A stretch of 24,764 bases of DNA from positions 1-24,764 of IMG/VR virus record IMGVR_UViG_3300023174_000605, one strand, 5' to 3'. This DNA comes from a virus (taxonomy: Duplodnaviria; Caudoviricetes). Both the position numbers and the translations under genes were made by a program. Under the pieces are notes generated by a model that searched no databases, had not been told where the DNA came from, and saw only the letters and a list, made by a program, of their open reading frames with translations. Below are positions 1 to 8,666 of this stretch, piece by piece; the stretch's first letter is position 1, and the number at the start of each line of letters is the position of its first letter.

Positions 1-21
1 AACTGGATAGTTCTATGTAAT

Positions 22-35
22 TATTTATTATTTAT
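22..35 (-). promoter_or_regulatory. Tandem T4-type late promoter motifs (ATAAATA x2), presumably for the next gene beyond the window (gp22 by synteny)
   Basis: The + strand has tatttat at 22-28 and 29-35, giving ATAAATA twice on the minus strand at the gp21 stop. The T4 gp55 late consensus is TATAAATA. Confidence 0.6.
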
Positions 36-685
36 CTGATTTTAGTCAGAAAATTCTGGAAAGCACGTAGTTTGGCTTCCTCTAGGTTGCGAGATGAAGT
101 CTTCTTAATAATAGCTCTTACTTCATCAATCTGCTTTTCCACAAACTTTCCATCAACAAATACCCACTCCCTACTTTCCATAATACCACGTACGAAAGCA
201 TCTGGAGCAGATGGGTCAGCAACGATGTCTGCTGCGGTAGACAGCATAAAGTCATCCTGAACCACTTGAACACCCTCTTTGTTCATTTGTAGAGAACCAA
301 GTGCTCTTGAAGATACCCCTAAGTTTGCACCACCATCTAAAAGACCTTTGGCGATTTGACCCATTGGTGTATCTAAAATCTTTGCTTTACCGATATAGTT
401 AGTGCCTTCTTTTTTCAAATCAACGATCAAGTGTGAAACACGATCTAAGTTGATTGATGGAGAATCTGGATGTCCAAGTTCACCATAGGCACGATTTTCT
501 TTAACGCACTGTTGCATATATCTTGCAACTTCTTTATCCATAATTGATTCTGGATAACTGCGTCCATTACGGTTAACTAATTCTGATTGAAGGAAAACAC
601 CTTCAATGTAGTATTGCTTACCCTTACCGAGTTTTTCTTCGGTAAGAAGTTTAACCGATTCTGTAACTTCTCTAATGAGTTTCAT
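32..685 (-). CDS. gp21: Prohead core scaffold protease (T4 gp21 family)
   Basis: 217 aa with MKLIRE start, YIEGVFLQ, NRNGR.YP, GELGHP (catalytic His), GVSSRALGSL (catalytic Ser) and DIVADPSAPDAFV; lies downstream of the portal gene. Confidence 0.96.
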   Translation of the reverse strand: MKLIREVTESVKLLTEEKLGKGKQYYIEGVFLQSELVNRNGRSYPESIMDKEVARYMQQCVKENRAYGELGHPDSPSINLDRVSHLIVDLKKEGTNYIGKAKILDTPMGQIAKGLLDGGANLGVSSRALGSLQMNKEGVQVVQDDFMLSTAADIVADPSAPDAFVRGIMESREWVFVDGKFVEKQIDEVRAIIKKTSSRNLEEAKLRAFQNFLTKIR

Positions 686-687
686 TG

Positions 688-1116
688 TTAGCTCCCTACT
701 ACTGTTGGGTTGTCATAAGAACCAAATGTTGCAGTTTCAACTTCAGTAGACCAACCAGCAACTTTACGTAGAACGATCCAACCAGTTACGTCTTTCGCCA
801 CACTGTTGATAATAGCAATATCAGATGTGTTATCGTTATTCACTGGAATACCTAATGAATTAAATTCAACATTCATATCGTTTTCTGGAGAAGTTACTAT
901 AACAATTTTACCATTGCGAGAAACTATAATTTTGGAACCTAGTTCACCAGTGCACAAAAACTTAACAATATCAACCTTAGGTGCATCAGCATTTCTTGCT
1001 TGCGCATTAGCAGTTAAATTTGCAAGAGTTATAGTACCAGTCTCTGCTGCAGAAGATGCAAAATGGATTACAGTCTCCTGATTAGTATTTTTGACAGTTG
1101 TAAATGTCATTGCCAT
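688..1116 (-). CDS. Hypothetical protein, predicted beta-rich, in the head-gene cluster
   Basis: 142-aa ORF tightly packed between neighbours (2- and 5-nt gaps), with AGGA upstream and the same codon style as flanking genes. Confidence 0.8.
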   Translation of the reverse strand: MAMTFTTVKNTNQETVIHFASSAAETGTITLANLTANAQARNADAPKVDIVKFLCTGELGSKIIVSRNGKIVIVTSPENDMNVEFNSLGIPVNNDNTSDIAIINSVAKDVTGWIVLRKVAGWSTEVETATFGSYDNPTVVGS

Positions 1117-1121
1117 ATCTT

Positions 1122-1658
1122 TTATTCCTTAATCTTATTAACTACGTTAAAGAAGTTGTCTTTGCTTTCACGCATATACTCAACAACGTCTTTATGATTT
1201 GCCAATAAATTATTTAGTTGTTCTTGGGTTTGTTCATCAATGGCAACAATACTACCATCTTTTAATTCATAGTGAACTTTATTCTCAATAAGGGAATCTA
1301 ACTTATTGAGTTTTCTAATTTCTTGAACAACAGGATCTACTGTAAAAATTTTCGAAGAAGCAAGTTCGAGGTATGATTCTATTAATGTATCTGTAACTTT
1401 AATATCGTGATGTTCTTTAATAATATTAGCGATACGGTTTTCTGAAATCTCTTCGTATTGTTTTTCTATAATCTCGTCTTCTATCGCTTCTGAGCAGTGT
1501 TTATTTTTAATATATTTTCTTGCTTCTTCTAAACTCGCAAAATCCGTTTGTTCTTTATCTACAAAAATAGTGCCATCAATACTTTGTATTAAATGACCAT
1601 AAGAGCGGATAGTGGTATCCGCACCAGAGATAGATTTTGTAAACTGTTTATAGTACAT
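1122..1658 (-). CDS. Hypothetical protein, possible prohead core component (Glu/Lys-rich)
   Basis: 178-aa ORF directly abutting the gp67-like gene. It is Glu-rich with several IE/LE sites of the kind cleaved by gp21-type proteases, and sits at the gp68 position without gp68's basic RK-rich motif. Confidence 0.75.
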   Translation of the reverse strand: MYYKQFTKSISGADTTIRSYGHLIQSIDGTIFVDKEQTDFASLEEARKYIKNKHCSEAIEDEIIEKQYEEISENRIANIIKEHHDIKVTDTLIESYLELASSKIFTVDPVVQEIRKLNKLDSLIENKVHYELKDGSIVAIDEQTQEQLNNLLANHKDVVEYMRESKDNFFNVVNKIKE

Positions 1659-1868
1659 TTATTCTTCAGTCTCAGCTGGAGCTTCGGTTTCTTGCTCAAC
1701 TGCTGGTTCTTCTTGTTGTGATTTAAACATACTTTGTGCTACAGAAACACGCATATCATCTAACTTCGCTGAAATCTTTTCAGCCATAGTAGCGTTAAAT
1801 GCTTGTTCTGTTTCCACTGCATTGCCCATGGCAATTGCTGCAACTAAATCTCTAACTGAATTACTCAT
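1659..1868 (-). CDS. gp67: Prohead core protein, gp67-like
   Basis: 69 aa immediately after the portal gene; helical DLVAAIAMGN...AFNATMAEKISAKLD...VAQSMF followed by an acidic tail; GGAGA Shine-Dalgarno. Confidence 0.75.
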   Translation of the reverse strand: MSNSVRDLVAAIAMGNAVETEQAFNATMAEKISAKLDDMRVSVAQSMFKSQQEEPAVEQETEAPAETEE

Positions 1869-1880
1869 ACTATATCTCCT

Positions 1881-3449
1881 TTATTGTTGGTTCGGCGATT
1901 CTTCGTTTCCGCCGAGACCATTATCCATTAAATGCTGTTGTTGTGCAACTTGAGTTACCGCAGCCAATCTACCTTGTTCATCGGCTAACTGCATCTGTTG
2001 AACTTTATCTTCAGCCATTTCTTTATCCATAATTTCAATTTCTTCGTCAGTTTGCATTAATAGATTCTTACGAATCCATGCACTAGAATAGAAACGACCA
2101 ATATAAGGTTCCACTTGCTGCAAAGCTGTAACTCTCTGCATTAACAACTCATTATCTTTTAATTCAGTGAAATGATTATCTGCTTGATAATCATATTGTA
2201 TTGCCTGTTCAATCGTCGCCCACTCTTCATCACGAATGATACCTTTAGCAATTAATTGAACACGCAATGCACCACTAAACAAACCAGAAAACTTTTTACG
2301 TAAGCGAGCAATAAATTTATTAAACTTAATCTCGTCACGGGAAATCTCAGTACTTCTACCAAGAGAGAATCCAGTTGCTGGCTGCAATCTTGATAAAGGA
2401 ACATTTAATGCTTGATATAATTTAGTTTGGAAATATTGAATGTCAGCAATATCTCCTAAATTTTGTCCACCTGGAAGAGTAGTAATTTCAGTACCCTTAC
2501 CACCTTCACGACGTGGCATCCAGAAGTCTTCCATCATTGATAGATGGCGACGATCGTCACGAGTCTCTCCAGTTGTTGCATCATAAACAATTTTATTTCT
2601 AAACTTGTTCATAATGTCGTTTACGTATTGTTCAGCTTTTAACTTTGGTAAGTTACCAACGTCTACGTAAAACACACGTCTTTCTGGAGCACGTGATATA
2701 CGGTAAATAACTACCGCATCTTCAATCATCTTTAACTGGTTTGTTGGCTTAATTGCTTTATGCAAATAAGACATCATCATACCAGTATTTTGATCTACCA
2801 TTCCTGAAGGAGTGTAGATAATTGAATCTAGTGAGAGTTTAATTCCCTGTGTAGTATTCTCTTGAATACCTTTATCATTGTACAGGTAAAACTCTTCATT
2901 CTTAACAATTACATCAATACCTTCAGGTGTTCTTTTCTTTTCAACTTTTTTAATCTTGCGAATCTTACGAGGATCCACATAACGCAATTCTTGAATACCC
3001 AACTTAGGTTGCTTTGGGTCCAATAAAATATTGTAATAAATTCTTCCATCAATATACCACTGACGGAAGATATCATGACCTTTGTCATCAAAGTTTAATA
3101 AACGAAGAATCTCGTCAAACTCTGTTCTAACTTTACCTTTAATTGACTCGGATAATTTAACCTTATCCAAGTTAATTTTAACTGCTTGGTCGTCGGGTTC
3201 AGCGATAATCGCTTCATTCACAATATCTTCAATCGCAGCATCACAGTCAGCGTATAGAGAAGTTTCTCTGTAGCGACGAATAAGATCGTTTTCATTTTTA
3301 ACGATCGTATCCATATCCATAACCATTCCATAATAGGAAGTAGCTGAAGTGGATACAACTGTAGAACCATCGTCAGAGATCGGAGTTACTACTGCTCCGA
3401 TCTCGTTTGCTGGCTGCTTGCGTTTTATCTCAAATCCAAAAATTTGCAT
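1881..3449 (-). CDS. gp20: Portal vertex protein (T4 gp20 family)
   Basis: 522 aa with ELRYVDPRKI, SYLHKAIKP.NQLKMIEDAVVIYRISRAPERRVFYVDVGNLPK.KAEQY and EDFWMPRREGGKGTEITTLPGGQNLG, all gp20 signature motifs. Confidence 0.98.
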   Translation of the reverse strand: MQIFGFEIKRKQPANEIGAVVTPISDDGSTVVSTSATSYYGMVMDMDTIVKNENDLIRRYRETSLYADCDAAIEDIVNEAIIAEPDDQAVKINLDKVKLSESIKGKVRTEFDEILRLLNFDDKGHDIFRQWYIDGRIYYNILLDPKQPKLGIQELRYVDPRKIRKIKKVEKKRTPEGIDVIVKNEEFYLYNDKGIQENTTQGIKLSLDSIIYTPSGMVDQNTGMMMSYLHKAIKPTNQLKMIEDAVVIYRISRAPERRVFYVDVGNLPKLKAEQYVNDIMNKFRNKIVYDATTGETRDDRRHLSMMEDFWMPRREGGKGTEITTLPGGQNLGDIADIQYFQTKLYQALNVPLSRLQPATGFSLGRSTEISRDEIKFNKFIARLRKKFSGLFSGALRVQLIAKGIIRDEEWATIEQAIQYDYQADNHFTELKDNELLMQRVTALQQVEPYIGRFYSSAWIRKNLLMQTDEEIEIMDKEMAEDKVQQMQLADEQGRLAAVTQVAQQQHLMDNGLGGNEESPNQQ

Positions 3450-3472
3450 AATTAAAAACCCTAATTATAAAG

Positions 3473-4066
3473 TTAAATTGGTAGTGGGAAACTACCGATT
3501 GGTGTATCAACGGAAACATTAAGATTGATTCCACCACCCTCAGTTGCATTAGAAGTAAAGTAATTAAACTGGAATTCTACATCAAATTGTTCGATCTGGT
3601 TTTGCTGGTCATAATCTAATGCGATTGGACCAATCACTGTTGGGAATGCATCAACGAACTTATAGCTCTTGATGATTGCGCCAGAACGATCTAATTGATG
3701 AACTTGTAAGTCTACTTGATAGTCACGTGGATTAGTTCGTCCATCAGTTGAACTATAACTTTGAATACCAGCTTGCCATTGTTCCATAGCATTACGGATA
3801 TTGAAAGTAGTATCGTTGTAAATCGATACAGTCCATGGTGCGAAATTACGTTCACCTGCAAAGTTTACTGGGCGACCTTTATAGAGAACTTGAATGTTCT
3901 CAATAGTAGAAGCTGGTAACTGAGCAGACTTACATAAGAACTGAGCACGTTGACCAGCTACGATACCTAGTGGTACGTAGCTTGGGAATACTAATTCAAC
4001 ACGGAACTGATTAGGGCGAGCACCGCCACCAATCATTTGCGCTTTGAAATCGCTAATATTTGCCAT
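3473..4066 (-). CDS. gp19: Tail tube protein (T4 gp19 family)
   Basis: 197 aa with GGARPNQFRV, FLCKSAQLP, AGERNF.PWTVSIYND..F.IRNAMEQW, VHQLDR and IEQFDVEF; lies between sheath and portal genes. Confidence 0.95.
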   Translation of the reverse strand: MANISDFKAQMIGGGARPNQFRVELVFPSYVPLGIVAGQRAQFLCKSAQLPASTIENIQVLYKGRPVNFAGERNFAPWTVSIYNDTTFNIRNAMEQWQAGIQSYSSTDGRTNPRDYQVDLQVHQLDRSGAIIKSYKFVDAFPTVIGPIALDYDQQNQIEQFDVEFQFNYFTSNATEGGGINLNVSVDTPIGSFPLPI

Positions 4067-4089
4067 TTAAATCTCCTTTGTTCTTTCTT

Positions 4090-4096
4090 TATTTAG
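4090..4096 (-). promoter_or_regulatory. Late promoter motif (CTAAATA) for gp19
   Basis: The + strand has tatttag in the gp18-gp19 gap, upstream of an AAGGAGA Shine-Dalgarno. Confidence 0.6.
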
Positions 4097-4100
4097 TCTC

Positions 4101-6254
4101 TTAGCCACCGATCTCGCTGAAGTTAATTCCAGAGCGAGCAGCAACGAAGTTAAGAGTAATAAAGTTAATTGAACGTGCTGGCTTAATAAAGATATCAGCA
4201 ACGAATTCGTTACGGTCAATAACTTCGCCAGTATTGTTAGAGTCATCACACTTAACAACGAAGTCAGTAATACCACGACGACCTTGAACATCACGTAGGA
4301 ATGGCTCGACTAAGTTCTTGAACTGAGCACGAGTGAATCCATCGTTGAATTCAAACAACTGATACTTAGCAGCAGTTGCGATTGCTTTCTCAAGAACGAT
4401 AAACAAGCGACGCACGTTAATGCGATCGAATGCAGATGGTTTAGCCAATAGAGTCTTATCACCAAACAGAACAGTACCATCTCCTGGGAATGTAACAACT
4501 GGGTTAACACCATTCTTGTAAAGATTGTCACGATCTGTTTTATCAAGGCTAACTGCCAACTTAACTACGTTTTTAATTTGACCACGATTTAAACCACCTG
4601 GAGACCACCATGCATCATTTGTGTAGTCAGTGCGAGCACACAATCCAGCGATGTCACCATTTAATGGAACATAACGATACTTGTCGTTATAGCGATCATA
4701 CTGATACTTATAACCAGAATCAAGAACAGCATAAGAAGATGCTGTCAATGCGTTACGGTAAGCAACAATTTTTGTTACTGCAGTTCCTTGACTGTTTGCG
4801 CTAGTGATAACTGAACCATCGGTATCTTCTGGTGAGAAGAATGCCATACAGTCTTTTCTAGTTTCTACCAAAGCAATAATAGCATTAGCAACAGTAGTAG
4901 AACATTTACCTGCAGGAATCAATGAGATGTCATATGTTGCATCATCAGAGAAAATATCCCATGCTGCAATACGTTGACCATCAGTTGCAGTTAAGTCGTC
5001 AATACCACCTGTTAAAGAACGAGTTACAGCTGCAGAGTTTGTAAATGTTGTTCCTGCAATATCATTACCCCAGTTAGTTCCGCTAGTTGGATGATCCATC
5101 CACCAGATATACTGTGAGCGAGAATTGATTACGTCTTTGTAGTAGTTGTTAGTTCCGTCAAATTTCTTTGCGTCGCCAGCTTTTGAAACGTATGCATACT
5201 TTTCAAGAATAGTTCCTGGAACACCAGTCCACAAACCATCTTCATCAATAATGATTAAATGAAGTTCGTCGTTTGAACCACCAACGCTAGCTGCAGCATC
5301 AGAAGTTCCTGGAGCTGTATCGAACTCATCTTTGTATGCCCAAGTAGAGAAACTTGATGAGTCAGCTAAAGAAACTTGTAAAGAGTTACCCAATGTTCCT
5401 GGATATTTTGCAGCGAATTCGCCAACAACACCAGCACCATTAACGAATGATGTTAGGTAATCATTTTCGTTATTAATTTTAACACCACCAGTTGCAACAA
5501 CTGCAGTACCAGAAGCACCAGTACCACCACCACCAGTTAATGTAACTGTTGGGGCTGAAGTATAACCAGTACCACCATTGGTAACTGTAATGCTAGCAAC
5601 TGTTGTGCTAGAAAGAGTGATCGCACCAACAGTAGCACCAGATCCGTTACCAGTAATAACAGCAGTTGGTGCAGTTGTATAACCAGATCCACCACTAGTA
5701 ATAGTGATACCAGATACAGCACCAGAAGTAATTTGAACTGTACCAGTCGCAGCAGTACCACCAGCAGGTGCAGTGAATGTTATATTAGCAGAAGTGTATC
5801 CAGTACCACCAGCAGCAACTGCAGCAGATGTAACAGCACTACCAGCCATATTTGCAACAGCAGTAGCTTGAACACCACCAGCAATTTGTGGTGCGCTAAG
5901 AGTTACAGTTGGGGCAGAAGTGTATCCAGATCCAGCTGTAGATGTAATGGCAGTTACAGTACCAGATGGATTTGCAACAGCATTGCGGTGATTGATCGTA
6001 TCAATACGTGCAACTAATAAGTTGTTAGTATAAGATAAGAAGTTTGCTGCTGTGAAAAAAGATGCTGCACTATCGGCAACAGGTTTTCCGAAACGACGAA
6101 CAAGTTCGGTTTCAGAAGAAATGGTTACAGGTTGAAGTACTGGACCCCACTGGAACACTCCAGCAAAAGCACCAGCAGATGTTGAAACTGCTGGAACAAT
6201 AGAGGTAAAGTCTTTTTCTACGACTGCAACGCCAGGACTTAATTGAAAAGGCAT
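4101..6254 (-). CDS. gp18: Tail sheath protein (T4 gp18 family) with an inserted Gly/Thr-rich repeat domain
   Basis: 717 aa with N-terminal LSPGV...EKD, FQWGP, YKYQYDRYND.YRYVPLNGDIAGLCARTD, WWSPGG.NRG, FDRINVRRLF, LFEFND.FTR and IKPARSINFITLNFVA. Confidence 0.97.
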   Translation of the reverse strand: MPFQLSPGVAVVEKDFTSIVPAVSTSAGAFAGVFQWGPVLQPVTISSETELVRRFGKPVADSAASFFTAANFLSYTNNLLVARIDTINHRNAVANPSGTVTAITSTAGSGYTSAPTVTLSAPQIAGGVQATAVANMAGSAVTSAAVAAGGTGYTSANITFTAPAGGTAATGTVQITSGAVSGITITSGGSGYTTAPTAVITGNGSGATVGAITLSSTTVASITVTNGGTGYTSAPTVTLTGGGGTGASGTAVVATGGVKINNENDYLTSFVNGAGVVGEFAAKYPGTLGNSLQVSLADSSSFSTWAYKDEFDTAPGTSDAAASVGGSNDELHLIIIDEDGLWTGVPGTILEKYAYVSKAGDAKKFDGTNNYYKDVINSRSQYIWWMDHPTSGTNWGNDIAGTTFTNSAAVTRSLTGGIDDLTATDGQRIAAWDIFSDDATYDISLIPAGKCSTTVANAIIALVETRKDCMAFFSPEDTDGSVITSANSQGTAVTKIVAYRNALTASSYAVLDSGYKYQYDRYNDKYRYVPLNGDIAGLCARTDYTNDAWWSPGGLNRGQIKNVVKLAVSLDKTDRDNLYKNGVNPVVTFPGDGTVLFGDKTLLAKPSAFDRINVRRLFIVLEKAIATAAKYQLFEFNDGFTRAQFKNLVEPFLRDVQGRRGITDFVVKCDDSNNTGEVIDRNEFVADIFIKPARSINFITLNFVAARSGINFSEIGG
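5485..5975 (-). repeat. Four G[ST]GYT-type repeats (about 40 aa each) inserted in gp18
   Basis: AGSGYTSAPTVTL, GGTGYTSANITF, GGSGYTTAPTAVI and GGTGYTSAPTVTL; boundaries approximate. Confidence 0.85.
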
Positions 6255-6316
6255 TGTAATTCTCCTTATTACATGTTATTCTGTTTTGCTTCGAGGAGCA
6301 CTTGAAAGCACTAAAT

Positions 6317-6323
6317 TATTTAT
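6317..6323 (-). promoter_or_regulatory. Late promoter motif (ATAAATA) for gp18
   Basis: The + strand has tatttat in the gp17-gp18 intergenic region; a TAAGGAG Shine-Dalgarno precedes the gp18 ATG. Confidence 0.65.
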
Positions 6324-6336
6324 TGAAACTACGATT

Positions 6337-7917
6337 TCAAAAGTTTAATAGTGGTTTCTCTCTTGTATCCCCATTATCAAAGAATCCAAATGGGGTAAGT
6401 TCTTCTTCCATCGCTTTAATCTTTTTCTCATACATAATTTGTCTTAGGTTTACATTATTTAGGTCTTTGAAATAACTCGTAGAAGTTAGCCAAGAAAACA
6501 GAACCAAAGACATAACCATATCATCATGATACCCCTCATCAGCTTCGTAAGAATTGCGTTTTTCTATAAAAGTTGAAATTTCTGATATAATATCAGCGTC
6601 TTGTATAATTAGTTTATTTTCCTCAACTAACGCTTTGAAATTATGACAACCAGTTCTTTTAACTTTTTTATCAGTATTTACGCCAAGCTGGGTCTGACCA
6701 CCACCGAAACCACCAGTAACAGTTTGAAACCCTGTACTTCTATTCACAAATACTAGATTTTCATATTCTAATTCATGATGCAAAATATATGGAACTTGTT
6801 CGCTTGAGTTGATTTCAACTAAAACGAACGCTTGATTAAATTGAGTAGCCACGTGATAAATTACACTTGGATACATCAATGGACTAATATCATTCTTTCG
6901 ATATTTACCTACAAGTCTATAAGGGACTTCTGTAATATCAACAATAGTGAAAGCAGAATAATCTCCACCAACACCTTTCGCTGTATCCGCTACCAAAACA
7001 TACGTATGTCCTTCTTGCGGATTTTCATATAGATCTAAACCATCTTTGCTGAATACTGGAACTGCAACAGACATCTTTGCAATTACATCAGCATTGACTA
7101 AAGTTAAACTAGAACCAAGGAATTTACATAAAACCTCTTGGTTATATTTCAACTCGCCGAGCATGGCTTTTTGCTCAGCTGCCCATTTATCATCACGTCC
7201 TGGAATTTTCCAGTAAGGAATGAATAATGGAACGAAACCATTTCTACCATTCTCAGCATCATTCCAGAATTTCCAGAAATGATTATAACCAAGTGGAGTA
7301 GAACTTAAAAGAATCTTTGTCGTTTCACCAGCAGAAATTGTTGGGTAAACAGACGTAAAGAATTCTTCTGCAACTGTATTTGGGATAATCGCAGTTTCGT
7401 CAACATAAAGTAAGTTAACAGATTTACCACGAATACCAGAAGCAGATGTTGCAGCAGTAAATACTTTACTACCATTTTCCAATTCAATGTCACCTTTATT
7501 CCAAGTGGTGACACCTTGCTGCAACCACAATGGTAATCCTTCATACATTAACTGATAACGAGATAAAACTTCTCGAGCAGCAGTTGCTTTGTTTGCAAGA
7601 ATGGCAACTGTCTTATTATCTTGGAATACAGTATACCATAAAATATAAGCAGCTGAAGTAGTAGTTTTACCCTGCTGTCTTCCTTCCATAAGAATCACTC
7701 TTCGATTCTCATGAATTACTTTAACTTTTTCTTTTTGACAATCGTATAACTTAAAAGGTATTAAACCTTTATCAAGAGAAACAATTTGACAGTAGTTCTC
7801 TATAAAATAAATTGGATCTTCACGACACTTTAAATACTCTTGAATATTCTCTGGAGTGAATTGAACTGTTACTCCAGCAGCTTTTAAGTTCGCATTAGCA
7901 TTATAAATTTTAACCAT
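6337..7917 (-). CDS. gp17: Terminase large subunit (T4 gp17 family)
   Basis: 526 aa with Walker A GRQQGKTT, ILANK..TARE, Walker B LLYVDE, coupling motif STPLG.NHF, and RNase H-like nuclease acidic motifs VADTAKG..GDYS and HDDMVM. No intein or intron is evident. Confidence 0.97.
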   Translation of the reverse strand: MVKIYNANANLKAAGVTVQFTPENIQEYLKCREDPIYFIENYCQIVSLDKGLIPFKLYDCQKEKVKVIHENRRVILMEGRQQGKTTTSAAYILWYTVFQDNKTVAILANKATAAREVLSRYQLMYEGLPLWLQQGVTTWNKGDIELENGSKVFTAATSASGIRGKSVNLLYVDETAIIPNTVAEEFFTSVYPTISAGETTKILLSSTPLGYNHFWKFWNDAENGRNGFVPLFIPYWKIPGRDDKWAAEQKAMLGELKYNQEVLCKFLGSSLTLVNADVIAKMSVAVPVFSKDGLDLYENPQEGHTYVLVADTAKGVGGDYSAFTIVDITEVPYRLVGKYRKNDISPLMYPSVIYHVATQFNQAFVLVEINSSEQVPYILHHELEYENLVFVNRSTGFQTVTGGFGGGQTQLGVNTDKKVKRTGCHNFKALVEENKLIIQDADIISEISTFIEKRNSYEADEGYHDDMVMSLVLFSWLTSTSYFKDLNNVNLRQIMYEKKIKAMEEELTPFGFFDNGDTREKPLLNF

Positions 7918-7919
7918 GA

Positions 7920-8666
7920 TTAAAAATTATCTTCCCAACTCTCAGAAGATACTGTAGCAGTGGCAGGATCGCCCTCTGCAACGTAGACTCTATTTGGGTT
8001 TTGAAAATTCTCATTTTGTCCGACGTTGGCATTAACTTGATTAATAACACCTTGACCAGAAATTGGACCGAACAAGCTAGTTTTCATTGTAAAGTTTAAT
8101 GTGTGAGTTACAAAACGTCTTGTCTGAAAATCTCCATCATAATCATCTTGAACTGAAACACTATTTAAAATTACAGGAACATCCAAAACGATATTCATAT
8201 CCTGAACTGTTTTAACTGCCAGTGTGTACTCAGGTGTAAATGTTGGAAGAATTTGCTCAATAATTTGCAAACCATCTTCTTGCGTTTTAGTTAATACATA
8301 CAGTGCTATATCAATATTATATGGAACAGGTGTATAAACATAGCTTAGTGATTCTAAACCTGAACCACATGTAATCTTTTGCATACGATTAACTTTTCTA
8401 ACTGAATCGTAAGTATACCCAGTAATCTCAAAAGACATACGTGGTAATGTGGTATATGTATTATTTTTTAATTCTGGGTCTTGTTCGATACGAACTAACC
8501 ATTTTTCTTTTGGTGCGTAAGCCAATGGAACTTGCACACGTTGTACTGTAGTTCCGCTTACTGAATCACCTTCTTTGCGATCAATATAAATGTCGCTAAA
8601 CAATCTTCCAAAAGCAACTATACTTTTGCGAATAATTCCGTGATAATATACACTTCCACTTAACAT
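7920..8666 (-). CDS. gp15: Tail sheath stabiliser/terminator (T4 gp15 family)
   Basis: 248 aa with YHGIIRK.IVAFG.LFSDI, VPLAYAPKEKW, LPRMSFE, QIIEQILPTFTPEY, DVPVILNSV and DDYDGDFQTRR. Its start overlaps the gp14 stop (TAATG). Confidence 0.95.
   Translation of the reverse strand: MLSGSVYYHGIIRKSIVAFGRLFSDIYIDRKEGDSVSGTTVQRVQVPLAYAPKEKWLVRIEQDPELKNNTYTTLPRMSFEITGYTYDSVRKVNRMQKITCGSGLESLSYVYTPVPYNIDIALYVLTKTQEDGLQIIEQILPTFTPEYTLAVKTVQDMNIVLDVPVILNSVSVQDDYDGDFQTRRFVTHTLNFTMKTSLFGPISGQGVINQVNANVGQNENFQNPNRVYVAEGDPATATVSSESWEDNF

Noticed and set aside
4067-4294. Alternative-frame ORF overlapping the gp18 3' end and stopping immediately before the gp19 ATG (possible frameshift or readthrough fusion)
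   Set aside because: It would need both a frameshift and stop readthrough. No slippery site is evident, the translation is Leu/Ser-rich like an off-frame read, and gp19 has its own promoter motif and RBS.
6255-6316. Possible structured RNA in the gp18 leader (TGCTT...AAGCA)
   Set aside because: Only 4-5-bp stems are possible, too weak to call without covariation data.
6337-7917. Intein, intron or homing endonuclease in the terminase or other core genes
   Set aside because: gp17, gp20 and gp18 are continuous and of ordinary length apart from the gp18 repeat insert; no splice-junction or endonuclease motifs were seen.
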